From Octopus sinensis (taxonomy: Eukaryota): 64,000 bases of DNA. The first letter of the stretch is position 1, and each line of letters starts with the position of its first letter. The position numbers were made by a program, and so were the translations under genes. Shown here piece by piece: positions 62,886-64,000 of this stretch. Below the pieces are notes generated by a model. It did not search any database. It saw only the letters and a program-made list of their open reading frames with translations, and was not told where the DNA came from. Location of the stretch: positions 82,274,001 through 82,338,000 of the forward strand of contig NC_042997.1 of NCBI RefSeq assembly GCF_006345805.1, in the 5' to 3' direction.

Positions 62886-64000
62886 TAATTCACTTTTATT
62901 CCATGCATCTCATTTCCATTTACCTTGCTATTGGGAAATTGTATATCATAAACCACTATCTCATCAACCAGCATAGATAAGAGGTTAAGCATTTGAAGAT
63001 ATCTTACAGGCTTACTTGAAAGCAATCCTGTAGGTTTAGACGTTTTATTACCTAACCTTCACAACTTTGGCTCTTAATTTGTAACTAAATATATTGTGTA
63101 CTCTTTGTGACAAGATATTAGCATTAATACTCATTGGTTGAGAGACTACCTTCTTAGCAAATACAAGTGCCAGTTGAAGATCTTGTTTACTGTTCTTTAT
63201 CAGATATCATAATTCCTTAATCAACAAAAGAAAAATACTACAAATGAATAAAAAACAAAAGCTTTTCGTTTTCTAGAACAGAATCTTGTTATTTAATAGC
63301 TCATTAAAAAAATAAAAACAATAAAAATAAAAGAAAAAATAACAGTCAGCTGTGGACGTTAAATGGACAAACAGCTTGCGGATCATAAATCCATATCTAC
63401 TAAAAGTAGAAAATAAAAATAACTGAGCAATCCAACAAGATAACTTTCTGTAGCTATTGACTGATTCTGTTAATGGATGCAAGCTCCAGCCTAGCAACAG
63501 ATGATATGGTGGAAGCTGTGTAGTGAATAGAGCAGCGTGATAGGCTTGCAAAGAGTAGTAGAATGGACTTAGCAAAGAGCAATAGTAGGAGTGAGTCTAT
63601 GTGATTTAGGAAGCTTCATGCCAAGTATATTTAGCCAAGAAAAAGAATGTTAGCAAGAAGCTTGACAATGTTCTTCCACATGATGAAATACATTTGAACT
63701 GAAAGGCAGTATACTTCTATAAATGAAGATGACAGGGAGAAGTGTGCATACTTTTTTGCAGTCCTAATAAAAGAGATGAGGAAGTGTCCATGAAATATTA
63801 ATGAATTAGCTTGTATAAGCAGGAGAGTCTAGCTTAAGTAGAACAGAATAGCTTTTATTGAGGTCAGTTGCACCATAATTAATAAAGCAATTAAAGGGGT
63901 AGAAGTAAAGATAGTTACAAGGGCATTGGAGATAGTTGCTGAAATCTCTAAAGACTCCGCCGGTTACGACGACGAGGGTCCCAGCTGATACGATCAACGG

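Overview
AT-rich, microsatellite-dense animal genomic DNA. The repeat landscape looks like a coleoid cephalopod (Octopus-like); this is inference from repeat motifs, not a search. One host gene is supported: a 3-exon + strand gene (4759-4989, 21253-21532, 24095-24453; about 289 aa) with matching splice phases. It encodes a signal peptide, a putative lysozyme-like domain, a chitin-binding type-2-like domain and a hydrophobic GPI-like tail. Almost everything else is transposable-element derived. There are two full-length Ty3/Gypsy LTR retrotransposons with paired LTRs and 5-bp TSDs (8393-12574 and 32927-37459, both minus strand) and a degraded third Gypsy. Other relics include Tc1/mariner, hAT, Chapaev3-like and piggyBac-like DNA transposons, a tandem non-autonomous Helitron array, R4/Dong, RTE, CR1 and Penelope-like retroelement fragments, SINEs and MITE/fold-back elements. 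The most unusual signal is that the first Gypsy has no canonical TGG primer-binding site. Instead, the 12 nt abutting its 5' LTR are exactly complementary to the 5' end (nt 1-12) of metazoan tRNA-Phe, which suggests an atypical priming mode. The same element carries a GGGAAAC slippery site with a predicted H-type pseudoknot at the gag/pol junction. Most long ORFs in the ORF track that cross (TA)n, (CA)n or (CAC)n are microsatellite artefacts. All coordinates and counts were read by eye; relic boundaries are approximate.
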